Below, in pieces: positions 14,901-28,480 of a DNA stretch of 64,000 nt; the stretch's first letter is position 1; every line of letters begins with the position of its first letter. The position numbers and the translations under genes are program-made. Below the pieces are notes generated by a model that had not been told where the DNA came from, searched no databases, and saw only the letters and a program-made list of their open reading frames with translations. Source of the stretch: Bugula neritina (lineage: Eukaryota; Animalia; Bryozoa); NCBI GenBank assembly GCA_964035545.1, contig OZ037765.1:33293504-33357503 (forward strand), given 5' to 3'.

Positions 14901-17900
14901 AGGTCACTGTATGTTTAATATCCTATGTAGGTCTCTGTAAGTGTGATGACCCGAGTCGCAGACAATGTCCAGACAGGAAGTGTATCCCCGAAGAGTGGTT
15001 TTGTGACGGAGATCAGGATTGTGATGACGGGGCAGACGAGAACAATTGTCGTGAGTTCACTTCTGTAGTCTTTTGGAATATTCTAGTGTTTCGTAAAATG
15101 TAATGTATAGGAAAGACATTTTGTTTTGATATTTTATCAAACAGGAAGTGAGTCTTGGTGCTGTGAATCACTAACTAACTTTTCCCAAGGTTCTAAGGCT
15201 AGTCTGTATTAGATGTGATTTAGACTGAGTACTGAGTGTTTGTTGCAGCTACCTGCCCTGTGGATGAGTACACATGTAGAGACAGATCCTGTGTGCCTGG
15301 GACAGAGGCTACAGTCCGGTGTGACGGCACCTACGACTGTGCTGATGGGTCTGATGAAAGTCTCTGCGGTAAGTGCTTCCTGTTACGGTAATCCCATAGT
15401 TCCATTGTCGGTTTTATAATTATGTTCATGTGAGGATAACTCCGAGCTCTATGCTGTGAGAGTTATACTTGACCGTCTTGTGTTTTCAGCCTACGTTGAT
15501 CAGTGTTCGGGTGAAGACTGCATTAAACTCTCCCATTCGGAGGGAAACTACGAAGTTTGTGCCACGGATTGGGACGCGTCTTTAAACCCCCAAATATGCA
15601 GATATCTACACAAGTCGTGAGTCAACTCTGCTAAGATTTTGTTAAACTCAAATAGACTCTTGTAGTAAAAGAATTCCTTGGTTTTAGTTGGGTACTTTCA
15701 TAATATGGTGTTCATTTCCATCAGTTAACTGGTGTGTATCAGACTACATATATTATTCACTGCTCACCTGCTATCTATTTCACAGGCCAGATGGAAGTAG
15801 CAATAGCTCCACTACTGTCTCTCCTTCCTCTTCCAAGTTCCTGCGACTTACGAACCCCAGCAGCGACGGCTTTCTATCTAAATTCTCTAAAGTAAACAGC
15901 TGCCCCAACAACCAAGTCATCATGGTAAGACAAATCCTACATAATATGTTGTGGTTTATAGTTCAGACAACACACAAAGTCTCTTTGAATCAATGTGTCA
16001 ATTGGCAAACACATGAATTGTGCAGCTGGTAGCGGAAATATATTTAGGGACCACAACTTCAAACTGTCATGAGCTTTTAAAACATGGTAATTCGTGTTCA
16101 AAAATCGTTCTCGCATGTCCAATTGAATTAGTTTTAGCGTTGTCACTAGTTATTTAAATAATATCCCTTCTATAGCCTTGGTTCTATATGAAACTGTGCA
16201 GGTAAACTGTGAAGACGCTACCTGTGGCACCCGCTCCCCGTTGCTATCTCCTTACATTATCGGCGGCTCCACGACTACTGAGCAAGGTCGGTGGCCTTGG
16301 CAAGTTGACCTTCGACGTCAAGGAGTGCATCACTGCGGCGCCACTCTTCTCAATCACCATTGGGTGCTGACTGCTGCCCACTGCATTGGACAGTAAGTAG
16401 ACTTCATCTAATTGGCTGTTTTCATCATATACTTCTTCTGATTGGCTATTATCCATTATCCGATAAAGAACACAGTGTAAGAGCTTTGAAAATTTAAATA
16501 AAATAAATCTTTGTTTTCAGATACGCTGGGGCACCAAATCTGTTTAAACTAAACTTTGGATCCACCAAAAACTACCCAGGTCAGCCAAACTCGGTGGAAC
16601 TGGCTGTGAAGCGGATATTCCTTCACCCGGATTACGTCAACATATTCGGTGGAGACGATATAGCCCTGCTCTTTGTGGACACGCCCATCAACTATACCAA
16701 TGAGATACGCCCTGCGTGCCTGCCCGCCTTAGAGGATGTGTACAGCTCAAGGTCCACGTGCTACATCACGGGCTGGGGCAGGATCGCCACCGACAGGGTA
16801 TATCCTGAAGATCTGCAGGAAGCTAAGTATAAACTCACCAGTTGGAATAGCTGTCGTGACATGTGGTCAACTACCCTGTCTCTCAGAGAAAGCATGCAGT
16901 GCGCAGGTAATAGCAGTCTACGCTTTTCTACTACTTTTCTACTGTTTTCTAAATAAGCAACAAATTTCATTTTGTAAATATTCGATTATCACATTCAATT
17001 ATTTATGTAATCAAATTATCTTTAATTTTAAGACAATTGCTACGTATTTTGCTCTTTTCAAGTCAACAATATCTTTAGGTTTTCACTATTAAACGTTCTC
17101 TGCTTACTTTTGTGTAATAATAAAATTTTTGATTTGACTTTTTGATAGCACAGAGTTTTCATACGACATTTAAGTATTTTCTAGAATAAAAAATGCAAAC
17201 ATATTATTCAGAATTATATGATGCATCCGTGACAGGTTTTCCTCTCCAGATCTGTTTAATTAATGCATCTTTAAGATTAGTGATTGAGCAAATCTCAAAC
17301 TCATTGATGTTAAAGGCTGCTAACTCCACTCCCTTCCTGCAGGTTACAGCTCAGGTACTATCAGGACCTGTAAAGGTGACAGCGGAGGCCCCCTGGTGTG
17401 TCTAGACAAGTACAAGAGGTGGTCGCTGGTCGGCATCACAAGTCTCGGCCCCTCCGGCTGTTTCCTGGAAACACACAAAGACGATATTTTCACCAAAGTC
17501 TCTTCTTACCTCCCCTGGGTGATGGAGAACATAGGTGAGTGATTCAGACCAGTAGTACCGGACCAATATTACCGGACCAATATTACCGGACCAGTATTAC
17601 CGGACCAGTAGTACCGGACCAGTAATACTGGACTAGTAGCACCAGACCAGTAGTACCATGCACTGCGTTATGTCACTTCATCTGCAATACTTTGTTAATA
17701 CATTTTAATTTGTTTTCTAATCCTGTAAACCTAAAATCGTGGAAATAAATGATGATTGATTAGATATGAGTTATAATAAGTTATAATTAATATATTATGT
17801 ATGCATCATGCGTGGGTTGCAGGGTTTCAGTTCAACTGCACCAACGGCAGGAAGCTTGTAGACCGGGAACTGCTCTGCGATGCTGTAGATGATTGTGGAG

Positions 17901-20900
17901 ACAACTCTGATGAGGTGATCCCCTGCACGCTGTCGGTAGAATGCGACTTTGAGTCCCGTAACTTGTGTGGATATACTCTGGGTGGGGACTGGAGGAACGT
18001 CACCGGGCCAGCCAGCCTTACCGGATCTCTTCATAACACCGGTCCCATATATGATCACACAGTGGGCATAGCCAATAACGTGGCCACTTACTTAGTGACG
18101 TCTGTTGATGGTGCCGTGCTTACTACACCTACCCACAATTCCTCAGACACATCCTGTTTACAGTTCTTCTACTACTTGTCTCACACGAGTAAAATAGAGG
18201 TTCTGGCAGGCGACTTTTCTCTCGCTAGAGTCGGGACGTCTGCTAACTCGTGGCAGTACGCACAACTCAACATCATCTCCGGCGCATACCAGTTGAAGCT
18301 GAAAACAGAGATTCCCGTAGCATCATATGTCGCTATTGATGATGTGACAGTGTCACAAGGTGCTTGCGCTGGTTCCTGTCCACCTGGCATGTTCAAGTGT
18401 CAGACTCAGTGCATTCCCTCAGCATACGTCTGCGATGGCATTGCGCAATGCCTGAATGCAGCAGACGAACAAGGCTGCAACAGTAGGCCCGATACTATTG
18501 AGTGCACGTTTGATGAGGCATACGCCTGTGGAATAAGACATACTGATGACAGCGAGTTCAACATGGCTGTCAGTTACAACAATCCCGCGAGTGGGCCGGC
18601 AAACGGGCACGAAGACGATGCGGAGGAAACCGACATCAGTTACCTCCTTGCGGTGGCCCCTCAGTCGCACCTGAAGTCGACTATTGTCTGGCCAGTGGCT
18701 CCGACAGTGGACTCCTGCTTGACTCTCTGGTACTACATGGAGGGCAGCAGCGTCGGCTCTCTGGAGGTGAAGAGTGGTGGACAGAAGTTGTGGCAGGAGT
18801 TTGGTAGTCAAGGAGCGGAGTGGCTCAGAGCGAGGGTGAATGTAAAGTCCGGGAATTCTGTGGAGATATCCGTTCAGTCTGGAGATGAAGTGAGTTTGCC
18901 AACTGATTTGTTGTACCATTGTATCTAATGTGTGTTTCGATCTCATTGTAATTCATTATGATTATATCTACAAGTAGATCTCACTGTGACTCAATGTGAT
19001 TATGTATCCTAGAGTCGGTATGAGTCATGTTGTTTTAAGTTACTTATTAAATAATTCCATCTTCACTTTTGCTAAATTTAGTTGACCTCGGAGGTAAGAA
19101 AGCTTGCAGAAAATTCAACTGCCTTACGCTTTGCTATTGAAACTCTCACATGGCTAACCAGTAATAGTTATTCATTACAATGCAGCTTAATCAACTCAGT
19201 GCGCTGGGGATACAGTCTTATTCTTTGATTATAAGTTTTACAAACCCCGAACCACCTGACTGCAGCACCTGTATGCTCTACCAGTTACTCTAGTGACTGA
19301 CATAAATGTACTACTCCATTCAATCAGTTTACTGCTGGTGTGTGGGCAGTATGATATGCAGTCTAACTGATACAATACCCCATTGATAAACAGTAGTGTT
19401 ATACGTATGTCCTGCATGCTGTGTGCTTCCATTACCTTTTGAGGCTATGTCTTGCAGTACATCTTTGTCAGCCATATAACTCACACTGATCTACAGTTAC
19501 ACGTGTGTGCTGTGTATATATGTAGAATATAGATGTAATATATTAAATGCACGCGGCTCGTATTTTGCTCATGATGATTGCCAACTCACTTTAGAAGCTT
19601 ATAGATTTAACTAAATTATCATCACCTCTCACTCACTCTCTGACCATATCATTTTTATTTACTAACTCATTTACTCATTCTATCACCTAATCTTCAACCC
19701 TACTCACTCATAGACTCACTCACTCACTTACTCACACTCACTCACTCACTCATAGTCACTCCTTTACTCACTCGCTACTACTCTATCATCCACTCACTCA
19801 CTCGCTAATCACACTCACTCCTTTACTCACTCACTCACTACTACTCACTCACTCAGTAACATACATGCTCTCATCAACTGTTCATCAAATAGTCAAAGTT
19901 TTTCCTTTAATTTTCAGGACACCAATTTCATAGCCATAGACGACTTATCACTCTCTGCGGGTGGTTGTCCTCCCACCCCGAGCTGCGACTCTCAGACTGA
20001 ACACACGTGTCCGGGAAAATGTATCAATAAAAACCGAGAGTGCGACAAAACAGTCGACTGTTTTGATTTGTCAGATGAGCTGACATGTGATTGGACAGTC
20101 AACTGTGACTTTGAAACCAGCTGTCCCAGTTACAGCTCTACTTCGTTTCTGCCTTCCTATACCTGGCAAATCAATAGTGCTGGTATGTCTGAGGCTATTA
20201 TATTTTCTTTTAACATAAAATAAATGACATCCATTGTTCAAGGTCAAAAATAGTCTCTTTTTCTTGCACTTGAAAATTTAAAATTGCTTTCTGCATGTCT
20301 CTTAAATTCAATGTACATAGCCTGAATTCTCACCATGTTTCTTGCAGACGGGTATCTTACAGCTGACCCAGCCAGCACAGATCGGGGAGCTAAGGCCGAC
20401 TACACCTCAGCACCGTTTCTTCTGGACACAGAGCATTGCTTGAGCTTCCGCTATTTGCTAGCTGGAGAGTCAGCAGCCAATCCAGAGCTGCGTATTAACC
20501 TCAGACAGCCAATCATCAGCAAGGATACAACCATATGGCGGGTTTCTCTCAACGACACTGTTTGGCGCACGGGGAAGGTGACTCTCACCCCCACTGATCA
20601 GAGTGTGGTCTCTCTGGTATTTCAGGCTCTGTATGGGGGGAGTAAGGATGTCCCTCTGTCTATAGACGATATCCAAGTCTCTTCTGGGAGGTGCAGCCTT
20701 CCAGGTAATAGTTTCATACAGTTTCTACAGTTGAATATTTTAATATACTTCTACTTTTTCTACCGTGGAATATCTTGACGTCTGAAGATGTGACAAAGAA
20801 TAACAGTACTACTAAAAGTACAATTTACTTATTTGAATATAAACTAATTTTACAAGCTGTATAAGGTGGAGATAATCCCACGTGTGCATATTTACAGTGT

Positions 20901-23900
20901 GTGCTGGTCAGTTCCTTTGTCCGTATGAAGAGAAGTGTATTCCAACCTCTGCACAATGTGATGGTATTGCTCACTGCCAAGGGGGCGTAGACGAAGAGGA
21001 TTGTGGGGGTAAGTATCCTGGCTAATATGGGGGGAGGTTATTTTCTCTTTGCTATGAAGTATTCCTGTCAATAGAGGAACGAGCTAGCATAAGTTAGGGA
21101 GGAATTTACCTTTTACTTACTAAAGTCAAAATATGGCTGAAATGGCCATTTTTAATGAGTCTCCTTTCTTTATTTAGCAGCAGACTCTGGAGACATTTGA
21201 ATTTTCTTTATAGACTCAGTGAAACAGAATATAATATTTTCCCACGTCTGTCGATGAGACGTCTGCAACTCATTTCACTGCTTTTCTTTCAGATTTGGCT
21301 GAAGCTTTGGACTGTAACTTTGACAATGATTTCTGCCAATGGACTCGTTCGACTACTGGCCTATCGTTAGCAAGGGAGGCTGGTTCAACCCCCCTGCAGG
21401 ATACTGGCCCCTTATACGATAACACGCAAAACAATCTAGTTGGCTTTTACCTCTATCTCAGTAAGTATACTTGATGAAGTGCTTTGAGTTAGATATCAAC
21501 TCAGGAGAATTGTAGGGCAGGTTGTAAGAGGGGATTTAGTTGATTAGTGTTTAATAGAAAGGGCAGATAACTATAGTTATTCTAAGTCTCTGAAATATAC
21601 TTAATAACCTGAAATGGATTTGTTGTTGGGACAGACTCAATGTTTGTAGCCTTTTTACTAAAAGTGTACTATCGTACTAAGTATTCATGACTGTACAATG
21701 ACAACGTATAGGGTTGATAGCAACATGTCAAAATTAGGTATTATCTCCCCTGTCTTTGAATTGTATACTTATTTTAGTGTATGCAGCAAAACTATATTCT
21801 AAATTATGTGGTTTGAGTTCCAATAACTGCAGATATGAAATACCACATGAATGTAATACAACTAGGTATATAACACTACTGCAGGTTATTCTTAGAATTA
21901 CATATATATAGAGTCGCTCACTGATTGTCGGTGATTTTATAGAGTCTAAAGTTTCTTCTGGAACAGCTACATTGACCTCTCCAGCTGTGAAGATTTCTAC
22001 AGGTCATTGCCTGACTTTCTACTATCACATGATCGGCCGTAACATCGGGTATCTCAATGTAAGTCTAGACTTATCATTCTCTCTGACTTTCACTCACTCT
22101 CACTCAGCGTCACTCACTTTGATTTACTGTGAATCAAATGTAACATGTGTAACATGTGTATGGATTAATAGTTGTGGAATGTATGCATACTGGCTGCTGG
22201 CAGTGATGTCACATGCTTGTACATGTCACATGCTTGTACATGTCACATGCCTGTACATGTCACATACTTGTACATGTCACATACTTGTACATGTCACATG
22301 CTTGCAGGTGTCAAATGCTGCCTCCCCCGCAGACAATGCGCTACTCTCCATCTTCGGAGCTCACGGCTCGGCCGAGTGGCACGTCGCCAAGATAGACGTT
22401 CATCCAACAGACGCCCTTCAACTGAGGTTCACCTTTACCTCCAATGGGCTCTTCTCTAACACAGCTATTGATGACATCACATTCAGACCGGGCTCATGCG
22501 GTACGTCCCTCACCGTATGCTCAGTAAAGTCTTCAGGCTATCTGTGTGATTTGCTGTCCCTATTATCAAACCCATAACTGTTCTACTCTGTACTGCTCTG
22601 TTCTACTCTATTCTACTCTGTACTATACTCTGCACTACTCTATACTCCGTTTTGTTTTGTTCTAGACTGTTCTGATGACCACCAGTGTCCCGTGTCTGGG
22701 GAGTGCTTTGATAAAATGGCCAAATGTGATAACATCCCGCACTGTCAAGATGGATCTGATGAACAGAACTGTGGTAAATACTTGGCTTATGAATCTCTTG
22801 CTGTATATCTTATATTATAGAGTGTAATATGGTACTAGTAAAATATATATGATAATTTAACATATTGGGCTACATTATAATACAGCATCTGATATAGTAT
22901 ATCAATAAAAATATAGCTTAAAATAATTATAAATAATAATATAGTTATATATATATATAGTAATATAGTATAAATAATAATATATGTAAATAAAGATCTA
23001 GTATAATATATAAGTAATAATATGTTATGTAATATAGTATTATATATAAATAATGATATAGTAAATAAATAGTAATATAGCATAATATATAAATAATAAC
23101 ATAGTATAATATATAGGTATAATTTATAAATAGTAATATGTTATACAGCATGTACAGTAAGTAGTTTATTTCCTTCATTCGACAGGATGTGGTGCAGATC
23201 AGACGTTATGCGCAGCTTTTGATGCTTGTTTACCTACGGACTTCATCTGCAGCCAAGCTAACGCCGACTGCCTGGTAGAGGGTCAGGTTATTGATTGCAG
23301 TAAGTGTCCTGTCCTCTTACTGTATCAATGAGTCATCTCTTACTATATCAATGAGTCATCTCTTACTATATCAATGAGTCATCTCTTACTATATCAATGA
23401 GTCATCTCTTACTATATCAATGAGTCATCTCTTACTATATCAATGAGTCATCTCTTACTATATCAATGAGTCATCTCTTACTATATCAATGAGTCATCTC
23501 TTACTATATCAATGAGTCATCTCTTACTATATCAATGAGTCATCTCTTACTATATCAATGAGTCATCTCTTACTATATCAATGAGTCATCTCTTACTATA
23601 TCAATGAGTCATCTCCTCTTACTATATCAATGAGTCATCTCTTACTATGTTAATGAATCATCTCCTCTTACTATATGAGTCATTTCCTGCCATAGTTCCA
23701 TAGTAGCAGTATAATCACATTGTCTAAATGAAAATGCTTATATTAGTTTTTTAAAATATAACTTTTTATTTTCACCCAGAATGCAACTCGACATTCCAGC
23801 GATCATGTGATCAAGGATTTTGTTACGACCAGCTGGCATATTGTAACGGACACCAAGATTGTGATGATGGCAGTGACGAGCCTCCGCTATGTGGTTAGTT

Positions 23901-26900
23901 GAGTTATAATATTGTAGTCACGTCTGTGTGATGTGTCTGTGAAATGAAGTCATTAGTTTTTGTGTGTGACATGTGACCACATGTGTGTGACATGTGTGTG
24001 ACATGTGTGTGACATGTGTGTGACATACAGTCCTGTGTGATAAGATATGAAAACCATTCCTTTTCCACTTTCAGCTACGGACTGCCCGAGTGGTTACATA
24101 GCGTGTCCCGACAAATCCTATTGTATTCCCCAAGCCTTCTGGTGTGACAATCATGCAAATTGTCCAGACGCAGCCGACGAGCAACTCGGATGTGGTGAGT
24201 AGTTTACTCGCTGGTACTCTAACTGATACTCTAACTGGTACTACTACTGGTACTCTTACTGGTACTCTAACTAGTACTCTTACTGCTACTCATACTGGTA
24301 CTCTTACTGCTACTCTAACTGGTACTATAACTGGTACTCTAACAGATACTCTTACTGGTACTCTAACTGGTACTCTTACTGCTACTCTAACTGATACTCT
24401 TACTAGTACTCTAACTGGTACTCTTACTGGTACTATAACTGGTACTCTTACTGGTACTCTAACTGCTACTCTAACTGCTTCTCTTACTGCTACTCTAACT
24501 GGTACTCTTACTGGTACTATAACTGGTACTCTTACTGGTACTATAACTGGTACTATAACTGGTACTCTTACTGATACCCTCTGGAATATTTATATATCAC
24601 TCATTTGTACGAGTATATCGAGTGTTTACATATCTATTATTGTATATTTCAGTTCCTCAAGTTCCGAATGGAATCGCGACAGACACAGGTAGATAAAGTC
24701 TCTTGTCTCTACGCCTTCTGCTCTTCCAGCTCTCCTCCCATCTCTACTGACACCTCTCTATGCTGACACCTCTCTATGCCGACACCTCATCTCTACTGAC
24801 ACCTATCTCTGCTGACACCTATCTCTGCTGACACCTCATCTATGCTGACACCTCTCTATGTTGACACCTCATCTCTGCTGACACCTCTCTATGCTGACAC
24901 CTCATCTCCACTGACACCTCTCTCTGCTGATCTCCACCACACATTCCATTGAAACCAGTATTGCATCAGCAGGCCAAAAGAAACATTCCATTTTAAAGAT
25001 AAACCGTAAAGTTTCGGAATACGGAATATTTATTTTACTGCTGAATATTATTTATATTAATACAGACTCGGATAGAGTCTAGTTTATTTTTATATTTCAT
25101 TGTTATGTAATTAAAATTTATAAACCTTAAATGTTATCTGAGTATTATCGTCTGCTAAACCTTTTATTTATTATAAATTATTTATGCAATTTAAAATCAC
25201 TTTAGTCATGTGTTATAGTCCTGACTGAAACAATAGTTAGTATTACGTAAGATTTATTTATAGACTTGAAATATGAGTCATATCCGTATGATGAAAATCA
25301 TTTTATGAATTTGAATTTTGTTGCCTAAATGAAGGCACAACATGTGCTAAGCCGTGCATGCATTACTCAACTGCCTATAATATGAGGAATTCTGCATGAA
25401 GGCTTATGACCATTATGAGTGGACACTGTAAATACACATTCTATTTTGTATATACTTTTTATCATATGCAACTTTCTTAACTCACTACTGTCCATGCAGA
25501 TGGTTTTCTTCTATTTTATTATAATTATAGTTTGAACTTTTCTTCCAATGTGCTGTTAGAAACTTCAGTACAATAAAATATATGAATACTATATTAACAC
25601 CTCGGTTTTATTATGTAACATGTTTTTCCCCTGCTTCATCCTGATCTTGACCTCATCTTAACCTTGAACTCTAAACTCCATGTTGCTCTGTTCACCCGCT
25701 TTGTGCTCCATCTTCTTGCAACATCAGTGTGCAATATAGTAGAAATAGGTGTAGTAATGGAGAAATTGGAAAAGCCCGAGTTCTAGAAAAGAAATGTAGC
25801 AATCTTAGGCTATTAGATTTTTCCATTACTGCACCTAAACACAGTAGTTCCCGTGTAGCTTGAAACTAGAATGTATTGTACTTAAACAGTAGTTTAAATA
25901 CATCTACTCGCACATTGCCTCTTTAGTTATAAATGCTTGCATTTCTTTGCATGGTTTGAATGTCTTAAAGCGTTGAATGATATACTTTGCTTTTACTCGT
26001 CAAATATTTAGCTGAAGTTGAGTGATTTTATTCTATGAACTTTGAATGTTCTAAATGTTCTGTTAAACCTCCAGTAGAAGTTTTTATGGAAATTGACAAG
26101 CCGCCTTGGGAGTTATTTTCCCAGCTTAGTTATACAAATAAGGAAACTGATTAAATGCCAGTCAACTCTCACTATTCTGAGAAATAAGCTACAACTTTGA
26201 AATTTGTCTGTCTGAACTAAGGATATTCTTATGCATAAAACTTGCTAAATGGTTACAGAATTGTGTTTTCAAAACAAATTTCAGAACTAATCTTTAGTTT
26301 TCAAGAATAAAAATGTCCATATTGTGTAGTTTTTGTCTACATGTTGCATGATATGCGTTAGTTATAGAGCTACGTATGATTTCCCTGTAGTGGATACAGC
26401 GTAGATGTAGTATGTACAGCATCGTACCTGTAGTGGATACAGTGTTGTTGCTGCCTGCATGTTTACCCGTCAGTGTAGTGTGTGTACACGGTGTGCTTGT
26501 AGATTGCTCCACCACTAACTTTGTTTGTCTTAATAACTCACAAGTCATCACCCGGGAGAAGTATTGTGACGGTACAGTTGATTGTGAAGACGCATCTGAT
26601 GAGCCGGCGCATTGTGGTGAGTCATCAGGATTTGTCTAATATTTGATAAAAAAGAGGCTCTTCATTTCATTCTGGAAATAGAGGGCAGATGAGTTCAAAG
26701 GTCAACCTAAAAAACATCAATTTATTAGGATGAATAACTTTTTAGTCTAATTTGTACAGCTGAGCCTTAAACTTTGCATTGTGATTTGAAAATTGAAATT
26801 GTTTAATTCAAATTTTCAATTTAAAGCTTGTACATAAGCATTTCCGTTGCAACAATTTATTCTCATGTCACATTCTTAAATTTATCGACTATATTTTCCT

Positions 26901-28390
26901 ATCAAGCAATGTAAATATATAACTCATCTATACCATCACTGAGCATGCTCACAACTACTCTATCAACTATACTCGTATTGCAGAGTGCTGTGATGGAAAG
27001 GAATTCTCCTGTAAATCTGGTCACATGTGTATCCCATTGACCTCTAGATGTGACAGCACTTATGATTGTGCTGATTTCTCCGATGAAACTTCTTGCAGTA
27101 AGTTTATAACTTCAAATACAATTATGAGAAGGCAACTTCAAAAGTTGCTTTTCATTCCCAAATTGTTAAGCTTATATTTTATACAACACATTGTATACTG
27201 CATAGTATGTTTCCCTGACTGTATAGAATTTTATCAAGGCTGTGTATAGCACACCCCATAGTCCATGCTATGTGTACCAGAGGCTATGCTGTGTTTATAT
27301 TACATGATGACTCTTATTTCAGACTGTACAGCAGACGAGTTCCAATGTGATGCCGGAATCTGTCTGACAGGAAATAAACGTTGCGACGGAAAGTTGGACT
27401 GCAATGATTGGTCAGATGAAACAAATTGTAGTGAGTTTTACTTTATTATTACTGATGTGAAAGTACATGCCAAGTTTCTATTACGGAGTTAACTGATTTT
27501 TTTATAAATATTATAGAGAATAGACAACTCCTCGTGCTTTACCTGATCTAATTAAAATTTTTAAAGTGCATTTTAAACAATAATAATTACAATTTTGCTT
27601 GCACAAAATATCAAAGTAAAAGTTACATTTATGCTTATGAATAGTTTTATGCATATTCAAAATTGAAAAATTATTGTTTTAATCATTTTTTAAAGAAGAA
27701 ACAAAATTTTAGAAGAAAATATTCAAAACTGTCTTGTGTTTAGCTTGTAGAAGTTCCCAGTTTCAATGTGACAACAGTCGGTGTATAGATGGTGCGCTGA
27801 GATGTAACGGCAGAGATGATTGTTTAGACAACTCCGATGAGTTTGACTGTCCGTGTGCCTTAACTGAGGTAATGTCTTCACTTGTTGTATTGTAATGTTG
27901 TCACTTTCTCTATTGTAATGTTGTCACTTGTTGTATTGTCTTGGTGTGAACTTAATCATTTATAACTACAGTACATAATAGGTAACATATAAAATAATAT
28001 AATATATATAATATTCCAAATTATTATAATATTTGAATAGAAACACAGCGGTTATAAATTGGCGTAAACCTTGAAATTTTGAATTACATTTCCTTAGAAT
28101 CTATATGTTGCCTTCAAATCAGTCATCACAGCACACCTATATACCTTATTACATTGTAGGTGAGATGCACATTGGACACAGACAGACGTTGTATACCTGA
28201 GGAATGGAAATGTGATGGATTCAAGGACTGTGAAGGGGCAACTGATGAAGCCTTCTGCGGTTAGTATTGAATGTAATATGTTTCTGTTTAGAAGTCAGGG
28301 CAGTTGGATATGATAAAAGGAGAAACTGGGTCAATACAGTATATAATAATTATGATATGTGACCTGGCACCACAAACCAGGGGATGTACA

Positions 28391-28480
<90 letters not shown>

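Noticed and set aside
22205-22307. CATG cores 10 bp apart resembling p53 response elements
   Set aside because: About four mismatches per 20-bp site; explained by the repeat unit alone.
24144-24692. 182-aa ORF with (TGTL)n repeats resembling a mucin or ice-binding protein
   Set aside because: It is a 12-bp intronic minisatellite read in a different frame from the flanking LDLa exon; the true frame hits TAG right after the donor.
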